This document shows positions 21,590-33,125 of a DNA stretch of 64,000 bases, piece after piece. Below the pieces are notes generated by a model that saw only the letters and a list, made by a program, of their open reading frames with translations, was not told the DNA's origin and ran no database searches. A program made the position numbers and the translations under genes. Within the stretch, counting starts at the first letter, position 1; each line of letters starts with the position of its first letter. This DNA comes from Octopus sinensis (taxonomy: Eukaryota). Location: positions 32,550,001-32,614,000 of the forward strand of contig NC_043013.1 in NCBI RefSeq assembly GCF_006345805.1, written 5' to 3'.

Positions 21590-22201
21590 GTAAGAGACAG
21601 TCATCACTTTTGTTTTTATTGCAATTTACTTTCACTTTTTTTTACGATGGTAAACTGCATGTTAACATGTTCAAGTCTAACCATATGAACTTTTTCTCTG
21701 ATATAGAAATAAGGATGGAATACAGTATGTTAAGATTTGTTAAAACTTTACAACAGCAGAGTAATATTATAACTAGCTTATGTTATTGACTTCACTCCAT
21801 AATTAAGATTATTTACTCTTTGACATAAATTGAAAAATTCAACAACTATTAAAATGGATAAAATGACAAGTGTATAACAAGGACTATAGCTTTCAGATGA
21901 TGTGAGTTGGTGCTTTGGATAGAAAATTGCTTGCAGTATTTGCTCTGATATCCAAATTCAGTGGCTAGTGAGCTCAACTTTGTGTTTAAAGAGAAAGGTA
22001 CCAAACTGGTGGAATTGTATGCACAAGCTTAGTGACATTTCTTCTGACTATTTACATTTTATATTCAAACCCTGACCCTGGCAAGGTCCGCTTTGCCCTC
22101 TTTGTGATCGACTTTCCACTTCCCTCAAAAATTGCTGGTCTTGAACAGATCAGCATTCTGTTCAGTGATATGTCCAGGGGTACAATGTGATCTTGGTCGC
22201 T

Positions 22202-24895
22202 AACTATATTATCTACTGTCTTTTCCTTTTAAGATGGTAGAATGTAATTTTAGACAGATTTTGCAGCTAATTCTAGCAGATAGGGTCACATGGTGGGTGT
22301 TCAGTCTATCATTTGAAATGTTTTAATCGAACTCAGAAAGCGTAAATGTCTTTCGAACTCTAGAACCTAATTTAAAGTAACTTGAAAGTATAATTAATAA
22401 AAGAAAAGAAAACAAAAGAACTTGAGAAACCAGCTTTATGAGTTCAAGGGCTCAAGAAAAAAAAATGGCTTTCAGAAATATTTCCTAAGTGAGCAGATTC
22501 ACCATAAACTATGCAGACTTTTACTGCATCCAAAAAAAATTTAATTTTTCAAACAAAATTAAATTTCAAAGGAAATTTATAAACTTTTACTTTATAGAAA
22601 ATGGATGGAAAGTGAAATAGGGAGGGCTTCTAACAATGCAGAAAGATTTAAAAACCTTTATATTTCAGTCACAAAGACCTAACTTCAGAAGAATACAGTC
22701 AAATAAATGCATTTTTACATAGGTTTTATTATTTTAGACTTATACCTACAGTGAGAGAGTTACTGCTGCTGCTGACTCAAACACCAAAATAAGAAAATCT
22801 ATGTAAATACATATTTCTTTGTATTCCATTCAAGAAAGGTATTTTGCACCTGAAATATAAAGGTTGGAAAGACTTCCTTTTGTATCCCTCTACTCTTTAC
22901 TCTTTTACTAGTTTCGGTCATTTGACTGTGGCCATGCTGGAGCACCGCCTTTAGTCGAGCAAATCGACCCCAGGACTTATTATTTGGAAGCCTACTACTT
23001 ATTCTATCAGTCTCTTTTGCCAAACTGCTAAGTAACGGGGACGTAAACACACCACAATCGATTGTCAAGCGATGTTGGGGGGACAAACACAGACATACAA
23101 ACATATACAGACACATACATATACGACAGGCTTCTTTCAGTTTCCGTCTGCCAAATCCACTCACAAGGCTTTGGTTGGCCCGGGGCTATAGTAGAAGACA
23201 CTTGCCCAAGGTGCCACGCAATGGGAATGAACCCAGAACCATGTGGTTGGTAAGCAAGCTACTTACCACACAGCCACTCCTGCACCTATGTAAAAAATTT
23301 TTTTTAAATATAACACATAGTGGAAAACTGTTTTCCTACCATGTCTTATAATAATAAAAATTAATAATTTCTATTAAAAGAAACTTTATTTCTGTATTAT
23401 GTATATTCATATACTAAGGTTAGGCAAATTTCATAGAGTGGAGCAATTTAGGCCTTACTAACAATAACTCTGAGCACCTTTTCAAACTCCACCTGTCTAA
23501 CACCCATGGACATGCTTACAAAGTCAGAAAACAGCACAGCTCTCATGACTTTCGGAAACATATTTTTACACTAAGAGTTGCTGAAGCATGGAACAAACAG
23601 TTGTTAGTTGTCGGTGCACTGCATCCTTCAAAACTTCCATGCTTCCTGAGATTCGCCAACACTACACCTGATTTTTCTCCCCCCCCCATACACACGCAAG
23701 CATGTATCTGACTCATACACTTCACTTTCCAGACATTTGTACATTATTGCATATACTTTATACGCACTTTTGACAAGTTGTGGTGCACCTGAGCACTGTA
23801 TACAGTAATTTCATAATATTATATATCATAATAATAATAATAATAATAAAAACATTGTGTACAGTGCTCAGGTGCACTACAACTCATCTAAACTGTATTT
23901 ATATACTCAGGTGTAGTTTCGACAGATTTCGGAAAGCATGAGGGCCTTAAAGGATGCAGTGTCATGCAGTGTTATATTTAATGTTTGGCAAATTGGGACA
24001 TGAATACATATAATACAGAAATGAATTTTTTTGTTAACAGAGATTCTTAATTTTTATGATTTTCTCCTCATTATTATAATAAGACATGGTAGGAAAACAA
24101 TTTTCCACCATGTGTAATATTTTTTAAGAAATTTACGGGAGGGTACAAAGGAAGTCTTTCCTAAAGGGTTTTTTAAAAACTTTCTGCATTGTTCGAAGCT
24201 TTCCTTATTTCTCATTTCATTCATTTTCAACTTCTGTACTACAATGCTTCAAGCGAACTACAACGCTCTTATTTCTCTTAACAGTTTCAAAATACGACTG
24301 AAATTTCCAGGGGAACTGTCAGATGCAATTATACTGCAAGGGAGACAACACATGGGTTATTTATTTTCCGGGTGAGTGAGGTTACCAACAAAAAATTCAT
24401 ATTAAAATATGAAACAGTGATTGTTTAACCTAAAGAGTAATTGATTTATAAATGTTCTATATCATTCGTGAAATATTTGTAGAAAGAAATTAATTAGCAT
24501 CTGCATTATATGTCCTCCTTAAATATATTGCAGAATTAAATATTTTGAATTAATTGATGGAGTTACGATGTGTTTATTGCTTTTAATATTTTAACTATTT
24601 AATGAATTGCTCTAAATATTTAAATATTTTCTTCAAGAATTAATATAAATATTTAAACAATACAGAAATATTAAATTTCTTTTGTTTTCTTTTCTTTTAT
24701 TAATTATACTTTCAAGTTACTTTAAATTAGGTTCTAGAGTTCGAAAGACATTTACGCTTTCTGAGTTCGATTAAAACATTTCAAATGATAGACTGAATAC
24801 CCACCATGTGACCCTATCTGCTAGAATTAGCTACAAAATCTGTCTAAAATTACATCCTACCATCTTAAAAGGAAAAGACAGTAAATAATATAGTT
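22202..24895. repeat. Nested inverted-repeat (foldback) structure centred on an (AAT)n at ~23830
   Basis: Outer arms 22202-22420 / 24677-24895 (219 bp, 4 mismatches by eye). Inner arm pairs at ~22598-22657/24167-24228, ~22866-22890/24138-24161, ~23295-23410/23998-24130, ~23615-23670/23907-23968 and ~23772-23810/23850-23890. Confidence 0.9.
24285..24371 (+). CDS. Candidate 87-nt in-frame exon
   Basis: tttctcttaacag acceptor and consensus CGG|GTGAGT donor. Open in phase 0 (FQNTTEISRGTVRCNYTARETTHGLFIFR). Confidence 0.35.
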
Positions 24896-27749
24896 CTATA
24901 TACAACTACAAAGACGACCTAGTAGTGGGCGGGAGATACCTTTAATTATAGGCCAGCTCTATCAGAGTGGATCTGGAGTGAAACAAGTAAACGATGTCAC
25001 CATCACCTGATTGTTGGATGCCTGTAGAATAGCGGTCCCCGACCTTTTTCACACCACGGACCCGGGGGGGGATCATGCGCATAACAAAACACGATAAAGT
25101 ACATAATATATAATTTAATTATAACAAATATAATACATATAAATGCAAAAACACACTGCAGACTACGGTAGTCAGTAAAATAAAGATAAAATTTAAATAT
25201 CTATTCTTTCTGTGCTGCCCGGTACTGGTCTGCCATAGGGTAGTTGGGTACCCTGCTCAAGAGGGTTTGATCCTATTGCAAGCATCCTCAGCACTTCGTT
25301 TTTCTTACTTGTAGTCAGGTTTGGCATCGATATCCATAATTTGGGAGGGCCTGAAAAAACTTTTAGGCACTACTTTTCTTCAAATTAAAGTAAAAAAAAA
25401 AACACAACTGCTCCTTCGGCCAGCTCCACAAAGCTGTAAACATGAATGGAAGAGAGGTACATTTCTTCACTGTAAGCAATGGGATAATTGATTAATATAT
25501 TTGGTTTTAACTAACCCTAGAATAGTTAACCCGGATCGAATAGTTCTGCGATAAAAGAGGTTCCACCTGAGGCCATCCTGTTTTTAAAATTTTTACGGGA
25601 CATCTCAAATGTCCTCCCTTTCTTTCTTTTTATTTATTTTTGTAAAATTATAGAGTATGATTTGAAGAAGATTTTTATTGTTGAAGGTCAAACAACCATG
25701 GAATGAATCCCTTGTTGACTCGAATTCGTTTGTTTTATTGGGACGCTTCAAATACTCTCAGGGACGAAATATATGACAGAGTTGGATCCAATGTAAGCAT
25801 CCCATGCACTATTTTAGTAATGAAAGGGGGAAACAGTAGCCAAATTCATTGAGTTTCAAACTTATTCGTCTAAGCGGCATTTCGCCCGTCTTTAAGTTTT
25901 GAGTTCAAATTCCACCGAGGTCGACCTCACCTTTCATCCTTTCGTAGTCGATAAAATAAATACCAGTTGAGTACTAGGGTCAATATAATCGACTTACCTT
26001 ACCCCCAAAATTACTGACTTTGTGCCAGAATTTGAAATCTCTAATCAGCTGGATGGATGCATCAGGTAATTTCTCTAACTAAAAACAAAAATAGCATGCT
26101 CGATGAAAAAAGGTTGCAAGACCCTCACTCAACCTTCTAATATCTCAGAGACAGGGAATATTATTATTGGTTTCTACGACCTTCTCACAGCGCAGCCAAT
26201 TCTGAGGCAGAATAATGCATTCTATGCTAGCATTTAAGTACCTGGTTCGATTCTTTAGTTATTGAGTCCGGAAGGGTGAATAATAAACTTGACCTTGGCG
26301 GCATTTGAACTCAGAGTACACAGAATCGGAACAATTACTGCGAGGCCGATGTTCTAACGATTCAGCCAATCGACCACCTTACTGTATAATGTAGACCTTG
26401 TCTTAGGTATCCCTAAAAAGCAGGATCATTGCGGCTGAAATACTTTTGCTTATAGTAAAAACAGGAGACAAGGAAAGGTCGTGTTTTGATATGGAATGTT
26501 TAGCTAAAGCAACAGAGAAGTGGTTTTTCGGGAACTGATCTTTAATCAGGGGTAAATAAAAATTATAAATACAAAATACAAGTGACTAACTTTTGTTAGT
26601 GTTCAAATTATTTTCATGTATGTTTTTGATTTCTAACATCGTTACAAGACCACATGTTAGGAGGTGAAAATGGGGGGGGGTATAGTCAATGAAATCGATC
26701 TTACTATTTATCAACACTCAAAAGTATAAAAAAAACGAAGTTGACATACACAGGATTCAAATTCGGAACGTAAAGAACAAACCGTTAACTAAATACCTCA
26801 AGGCATTTTTATCCGATATTTCAACGATTATGTCAACCACCACGCTTTGTATTGTATTTTAATAAGAATATTATGTTATATAAATGAAATATACTGAAAC
26901 AGAACTCAGACAGATAACACCCTCATCCACCCACACCTAAAATTGTTTTCAATAACATTACTACTTAATGTTGGTTATTAAGTGTCACATTGTATTTTTA
27001 AGAATTATTCAGCTAACGCACGGATGCTATTCAAGAATCCTGTGCAAGAGGAACAAATTTTCCGTGGCACCGTTAGAAATCAGAGAGGATTGCCGAAACT
27101 AAAAAAAGGTTATTTAATCACGTGTTAGGTTGTATCACAGCTTTCTCCTCTAGACAGTGTTGTTGTGTCAGGGAAAGGTTATATTGATGTTACGAAAGAA
27201 CTTTGGCAAAGAGTCTACGTGAACAGCTACAGAGGAGAAAACTTACAACAAATCTGACCTTAACATTTACAAGACAGGGAACGGTGTTTTTTTAAGTAAT
27301 GTCCCACAATTATGTTTGGCCTATAAGTATCACCGATTCATTGATTAAATTTTTGCTTTTTGTTTTAGCATTGAGATTTGAATTTAAATACGATTCGAAA
27401 TAAAATAAATATATATATATGCATTGGAAATAGGTAAATAGTGACACACAAAAAAATATGCACTATTGTCTAACAAAAATATTTCTGTTCCCGCTGTAGG
27501 TAGGTATGTTTTACAGGTAAGGAGGAGGAGCAATACTTTAGCATACCTTTCGAGACTAATAAGCTAAGAGAGAGTGAGACGGTGGAAAGAGAAAGAAAAA
27601 GAGAGAGGGGAGACTTGCTTCAGATTAATTTCTGTTATCTTTGGCTTCTACACTCCTTCAAGCGAGGTGGTGTGATGTGACCTTTGTATTTCGTTAATCT
27701 TGGGAAAGGGAGTTGGAGCCGTGATTAATATACAGTAGCTGATTAGAGA

Positions 27750-28120
27750 TTTCAAATTTTGGCACAAAGCCAGCAATTTTGGGGGGTAAGGTAAGTCGAT
27801 TATATTGACCCTAGTGCTCAACTGGTATTTATTTTATCGATCCCGAAAGGATGAAAGGCGAAGTCGACCTCGGCGGAATTTGAACTCAAAACTTAAAGAC
27901 GGGCGAAATGCCGCTAAGATTTTTTTTGCCCAGCGTACTAACGATTCTTATTTCTTTACTGCCCACAACGGGCTACACACAGAGGGGGACAAACAAGGAC
28001 AGACAAACGATTATATCCGATAGGATGAAAGGCAAAGTCGACCTCGGCGGAATTTGAACTCAGAACATTGCTAAGCATTTCGCCCGGCGTGCTAACTTTT
28101 CTGCCAGCTCGCCGCCTTTA
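27750..28120 (-). mobile_element. Nested/partially duplicated SINE family A copies with CpGs intact
   Basis: Two copies of ggatgaaaggc[g/a]aagtcgacctcggcggaatttgaactca plus the head gctaactttt..gccagctcgccgcctt. Confidence 0.85.
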
Positions 28121-28229
28121 CAGTAACTGATTATAAACAATTTATCCTTCCTGTAAAAATAGGCTTTGTACTTTAAGCGAAAGTAATTTTAGAAGCATGA
28201 GGGTAGAGAAAATATTGTCGTTCTGTAGT

Positions 28230-28307
28230 AAATAGTAAGAAAATAATCGCAGATCCTAATGTAAATAGTAAGAAAATAATCGCAGATCCTAATGTAAATA
28301 GTAAGAA
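28230..28307. repeat. 33-bp tandem repeat, ~2.4 copies
   Basis: aaatagtaagaaaataatcgcagatcctaatgt repeated exactly. Confidence 0.9.
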
Positions 28308-28739
28308 AACACCAATAAAATTCCGCCTTAGTTTCCAGGCGGAGCTTCATTGTGTCGCTCGCTTTGATAAAATTATCGGATGTTTCAAAAATTTTTTCCA
28401 AACACCAGAATTTTTTCAATTTTTCTACACTCGCAGTTTTGCTAGCAGATCATGAAAATCACATTCATTTTCTATAGAAATTTATAGTAAAAAAAAAAGT
28501 TACAACCATTTGAAGTTACGGAATTTTAGCCAATCGGAAGCATCCATTGCCTAATAGCAGAAGCCGCAATTGTTTGTTTCCAAAGGAACATCATTAACAT
28601 TATCACTTTTCCTCTTAGGATTGCGATTCGGTTTTTGTATTCTTGCGTAAAGGAACTGGTCACAGACCGTTTTTGTGCGTAGGTGTTATGCATCAGCTGC
28701 ACAACGGCAGCTGATGACAAGTCGTCGTTTACCGACTCT

Positions 28740-29090
28740 TGGATAACCAATATCTAAGGAAAACTACAGTTTATAGATGTTCTGTAATAACACATGGAAA
28801 AGTATGTTATTACATGGGCGCTTGTGATACAAAATTCAAATTCAGAATCCATAATCGCACTTCCTCTAAATGTAAAAGAAAAGAAAGTGTCACGTCATTA
28901 AGCAAATTTATTTATAGATTCAAGGAGAATAATATAAAATATTCTATGGCAGAGCCTATAAATAAGTAGCGATCCCCTGTATAATGGCAGGAATTCCCAG
29001 TGTTATTTGTGGCTGGAATAAACGCTCGAGCTTCTCAAATTAACTCCAACTTAAGAAATAAATGTAATGAATTTCGAATTCGCAGTTTAC
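28740..29090 (+). mobile_element. Penelope-like element GIY-YIG endonuclease remnant
   Basis: TVYRCSV...YYMGACDTKFKFRIHN..SS..TSLSKFIYRFKENNIKYS, followed by PYNNG..C.L, matches the PLE GIY-YIG domain. Confidence 0.75.
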
Positions 29091-29099
29091 ACGATACAG

Positions 29100-30950
29100 T
29101 AGAGCATTCTTAGTATTTACAAGCAAAAATCTTAAATGATTAGCTTGTTCTGGTACAAATATCAATACTTTAGTCACGTTTCCATTGATTATACTTCTTT
29201 TGGGGAATCAATTCATATTTGAAACCCTCTCCAAATTAACCTGAATTGGAATAAATTAATTCGGTACTTGGATCATATTGTAATGATCCCTCTTCCTCAC
29301 TAATTAGATTATGAGCACCTCTTTCTTTAACTATTTCAAAATTCATCTGTTTCCAATCGTGGTTTTATAAATTTCACAACCAAAGTAATGTGGCTTGTGC
29401 TTTCTTTAGAATATATTTCATATCATAGCATTCTTTTTATTGGTTGGTAACTTAATTTTTTTTATTTTAAATATATGCTTTAATAAGAGCATTGTAGTTC
29501 GCTTCAAGCATTGCAATATCGAAGAATGTAAAAAGAGGTTATAAGAGAGAAAATAGACGGCTTCTGACAATGCGGAAAGTTTGATAAAAACCTTTCTATT
29601 TCAGACACCATTGCTTATCTTCAGAAGATAAGAAAAGTCTAGTTATGTAGGTTCAGTTAACCCATTCAAATTCCGCCTGAAAAATAAAGGTTTTATTAAA
29701 CATTCTGCATTGTCAGAAGCTGTCTGTTTTCTCTCTTTTTACATTCTATAATATATTTTATTTGGTGGAACTTTATTCAAAGAATGCGAAACTTGAAACC
29801 CCTAAATAATCTAACTAGGCAATGTTTTAGTGTACGTTCTGTTTGCTACTTTGAATTAGTTGACACTTAATCTTACATAATTATGAATTAGACATCAATG
29901 GATCGATTAAGCACACAAACCACAATGTATCACAAATTCGGCTCGTCGAATCATTTGAAACGTGCGTAAATGAATAAAGTATGATATGAATATAATTCTT
30001 CGTTAAAAGTAATTCTATCTTTGCCATTTCTGAGGAGGGCATCGTTATAATATGATACAGCTTATGTAAAAATTTGTTTGCTGAAAGATAGAAAAGTTTT
30101 CGACAGATATTAGAAACGAAGTGGTTAATAATGCAACCAAGATAATTGGAATGAGTGTGGATGCAATGCAAAGATTCATTTGGTTTATGAGATGGGTAAC
30201 AGAACGAGAAGATAGATCAAGTGTTACGTCCAGGAAATTGGCTCTCGCTATGCTGTGTTCTACAGAGATTTGAGGCCTAGGTTGTAGAAGTTATAAAGAT
30301 TCAAAAGGAATATGTGTGTGAATTGACGGTTGCAGTTGTTGATAGTAAGGAAGCCGTCGTTGCGGTACAAATCTCCTTTGACACCTGAGAAAGTATCTTT
30401 GGTGATATGCAGGAGGTATAGCCCGACTAAGTCATTGATCTATGCCGAATCGTTTGCACCCATGCTAATATCAAAGGGTGGGGAGTTTTTATTGAGCCGA
30501 AAGGACTCTTTATGTTTGACAAAAGTTTATTGGGAAAGAAAGATAATCTTTATCTCTTCGTCGGAAATAGCAGTGATGGTTCTTGTGAAGTTTATAGCTT
30601 TCATGAGTAGCTATTTGGATATAGAGGGGTATTAATTATTAATGTCGAACTGGAGGAATTCTGTGGTGGATTTCTTCGGTAAGTCCTTGAATCATAACGG
30701 CAAAGTGAGGTGGATTTTACTTTGGGTTGGATCTTGTCGAGAATTTGTTGCCTTATTCTTCCAATATCCAATTATATGGGATTTACTAGCCTAATTTTGG
30801 GCATATTAATAAAATTCACTTTACAGTCCTACACCGTGAAGAACATTCACTGTTCTGTGCAGAAATTGGTAGCGTGGTATCCCGATATTTCCGGAATGTG
30901 CGCATACGATCGTTAGATGTCGCTGTATATCATTCTTCTGGGCAGAATCG
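29100..30950 (-). mobile_element. Penelope-like element reverse transcriptase/thumb/linker remnant
   Basis: Minus frames give FDINN*YPSISK, FDISMGANDSA*INDLVGLYLL, DLYRNDGF (decayed YRDD) and IHTHSNY...ICRKLFYLSAN. Many stops and frameshifts. Confidence 0.8.
29523..29747. mobile_element. Hairpin MITE inserted in the Penelope-like remnant
   Basis: Arms 29523-29594 and 29687-29747 are inverted. The arm sequence resembles the 22598-22657/24167-24228 arms. Confidence 0.7.
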
Positions 30951-31414
30951 ATCATATAAATTTCAAAAGTAGAACAATTAATCCCTTTGCTTCTTTTTTG
31001 TATCTTTCATGTTAATTTGTATTTCATATTATGTAACCCCAGAAGAAAATTTTAAGTGAGTTGGTTTGCCATCTGTCTGCGGTTTATTGATGTCATTAAG
31101 TAAAGCATGGCAGTCCCATATTCACATTTTCCTTTTCTTATAAACTAACGCTTTTCTCTGACGTAGAATATGTAGTGATCCTATACAACGGCGCGCGCTC
31201 GCGCACCGTCCATTTGTATTTCGCGCGTGCGGGGTTGGTGCTTTCACCACCGGAAGAAGAACCCTTTTGCCTACGTAGCAGTTAGCCGAGGCAAGGGGAT
31301 CGTAAGACGTTGACCACCAGCGTCCAGCAAGCAGCGACTTGAGACAGCAGCGACCGAAGGCAACGGTCACGTATATTTTTTCTCCGTCCGAACTTGATTC
31401 TAGCGGCACCTTAC

Positions 31415-31490
31415 CAAAAGGCCTTTAACCAAATTGTTGCAGACCACATCTTCTCCCTGTTCCGGACGCCATCTTTGACCAGTGTCGTTT
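31415..31490 (-). other. Putative first exon / CpG-rich promoter of an unidentified minus-strand gene
   Basis: CAAAGATGGCG (YY1/Kozak-like) start context, strong donor TTTG|GTAAGG, and marked local CpG enrichment at 31185-31490. Confidence 0.5.
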
Positions 31491-31984
31491 TGCATTTGAA
31501 CACTTTCTTATTTTACAGCGATAAGGTTCAGCACTGACACATTTATACCAAAGGGATACCAGATAACCACTTATTGTTACTGTTACCACATTAGAGAATA
31601 AAGTAGTATATATATCTTTTACGTCTGCGTCTTGTTGTTTCTGACTGGTAGAGAATCTGGATTATTAAAGCAACGGCTAGTGATTGCTTTCTTGTACCCC
31701 GAAAGTACAAGAGAAGACCTTTCACACGCTAAGTTCGTTACAAATATAATCATGATAGTTAATATATATTTTTATCATATGGCGAAATTAGAGGAGGAAC
31801 ATTGTCTATGACATTCGCTTCACTTGTTTCTGCTAATTGTCCTACAAAAGCGTTTCCTTTTCCCTCTTTTCTGCGACTACTGAGGAAAGGCAAGGGTCAA
31901 TGAAACTGCGACTCATTAAAGATAGGATATCCGAGGAACTGCAGACTCAACTCTCTCTCATTTACAAGTTTTAGAACAATCCAA

Positions 31985-33125
31985 GTTGACGGTAGAAGCT
32001 ATTTGGGATTTTAAAAGAATTTCCCACAACCAAAATTTTCTCAGATTTTCTACGCTGACATTGAGCATATTGATGACGAAATTCACATTAATTTTACTCT
32101 AGAATTTAATAATGAAAAAGTACAAGCCTCTAGAGTTAAGTAATTTTAGCCAATCGGGAGCGTCCATTGCCAATATACCAGAAGTCGCACTTGTCTGTTT
32201 TCATGGGATGGCATTAACATTATCACTTTTTCTCTTAGGACTGTAACTCTGATTTTGTATTTCTGGGAACTATTTTTGTGTGAAAGAGTACGGAAATAGC
32301 ATCACCACAGCTGTTGATTATAACAATTATTAACGCGAGATATGCGCTGAGTATTTACTCTGCGACCTATTAAATAATGGTGTTTAGTCTTGAATTATCG
32401 AAATAGACGAGACACGGTTTCCGAACCGAAAATATAACAAAAGTAGAATGCTACGTGAACGGTGAGCTTTCGTTGGGGTGTGTTGCAAGGCATGAGAGAT
32501 GTCTCTTTACGTTGTGTCTCCCCGGAATCATGTTACACTGGAAGAGTGCATTCGATAATCGATTTTACCGGAAATAACGATGTATAGAGCGACTTGTGGC
32601 GAGTATAAGCGCACATTCCAGAGATATGAGGCTGCCAATTTCTGCACAAAACAGTGGACCGTTTGAAGTTGGATACCTGTTTATTGTATTTCATTACATT
32701 TTTTTCATCGCCGTAATAATGTTCGTTTTATTTCATTAAATTCTTTTCATTAAAAAAAAAAAAAAGAAAAGGAAATTTCAGTTGTCTTAATGCTTTCCTG
32801 AACGCATCGTTGACACTTGGATAACAACGATAATGGATAAGGCTATTTTATGGGTATAGATAAATACGACTTCTGATACGTCAGCAATGAGCGCTTCCGA
32901 TTGGTTAAATTTACTGAAGTTTTAAGGCTTGTGACTTTTTAGCATTAATTTCCAGAGAAAATTAATGTGATTTTCGTCATCAGCTAGCAAAACAGCAAAA
33001 TTACATGTGCAGAAAACTTGAGAAGATTCAAGTTAAAAAAATATTTTTTTAAAGAACCGAATTATCCCTCAAACATCGGCGTAGCGAGTATTTTGCTAGC
33101 CAAACTGTCCGACCCCGTCCTTAAT
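31985..33125 (+). mobile_element. Decayed Merlin (IS1595/IS1016-like) DNA transposon with long subterminal inverted repeats
   Basis: IEIDETRFPNRKYNKSR..R*AFVG...SILPEITMY..LWR.Y (~32395-32610) matches the Merlin DDE domain (VEIDESKFGKRKYNRGR..WVFG..ILPGTTI.SD.W.AY). 32030-32250 is inverted against ~32820-33030. A solo direct copy of the arm lies at ~28400-28640. Confidence 0.75.

Noticed and set aside
31688-31717. 10-bp hairpin as a microRNA precursor or terminator
   Set aside because: The stem is too short for a pre-miRNA, it matches no miRNA I know, and intrinsic terminators do not apply in this eukaryotic context.
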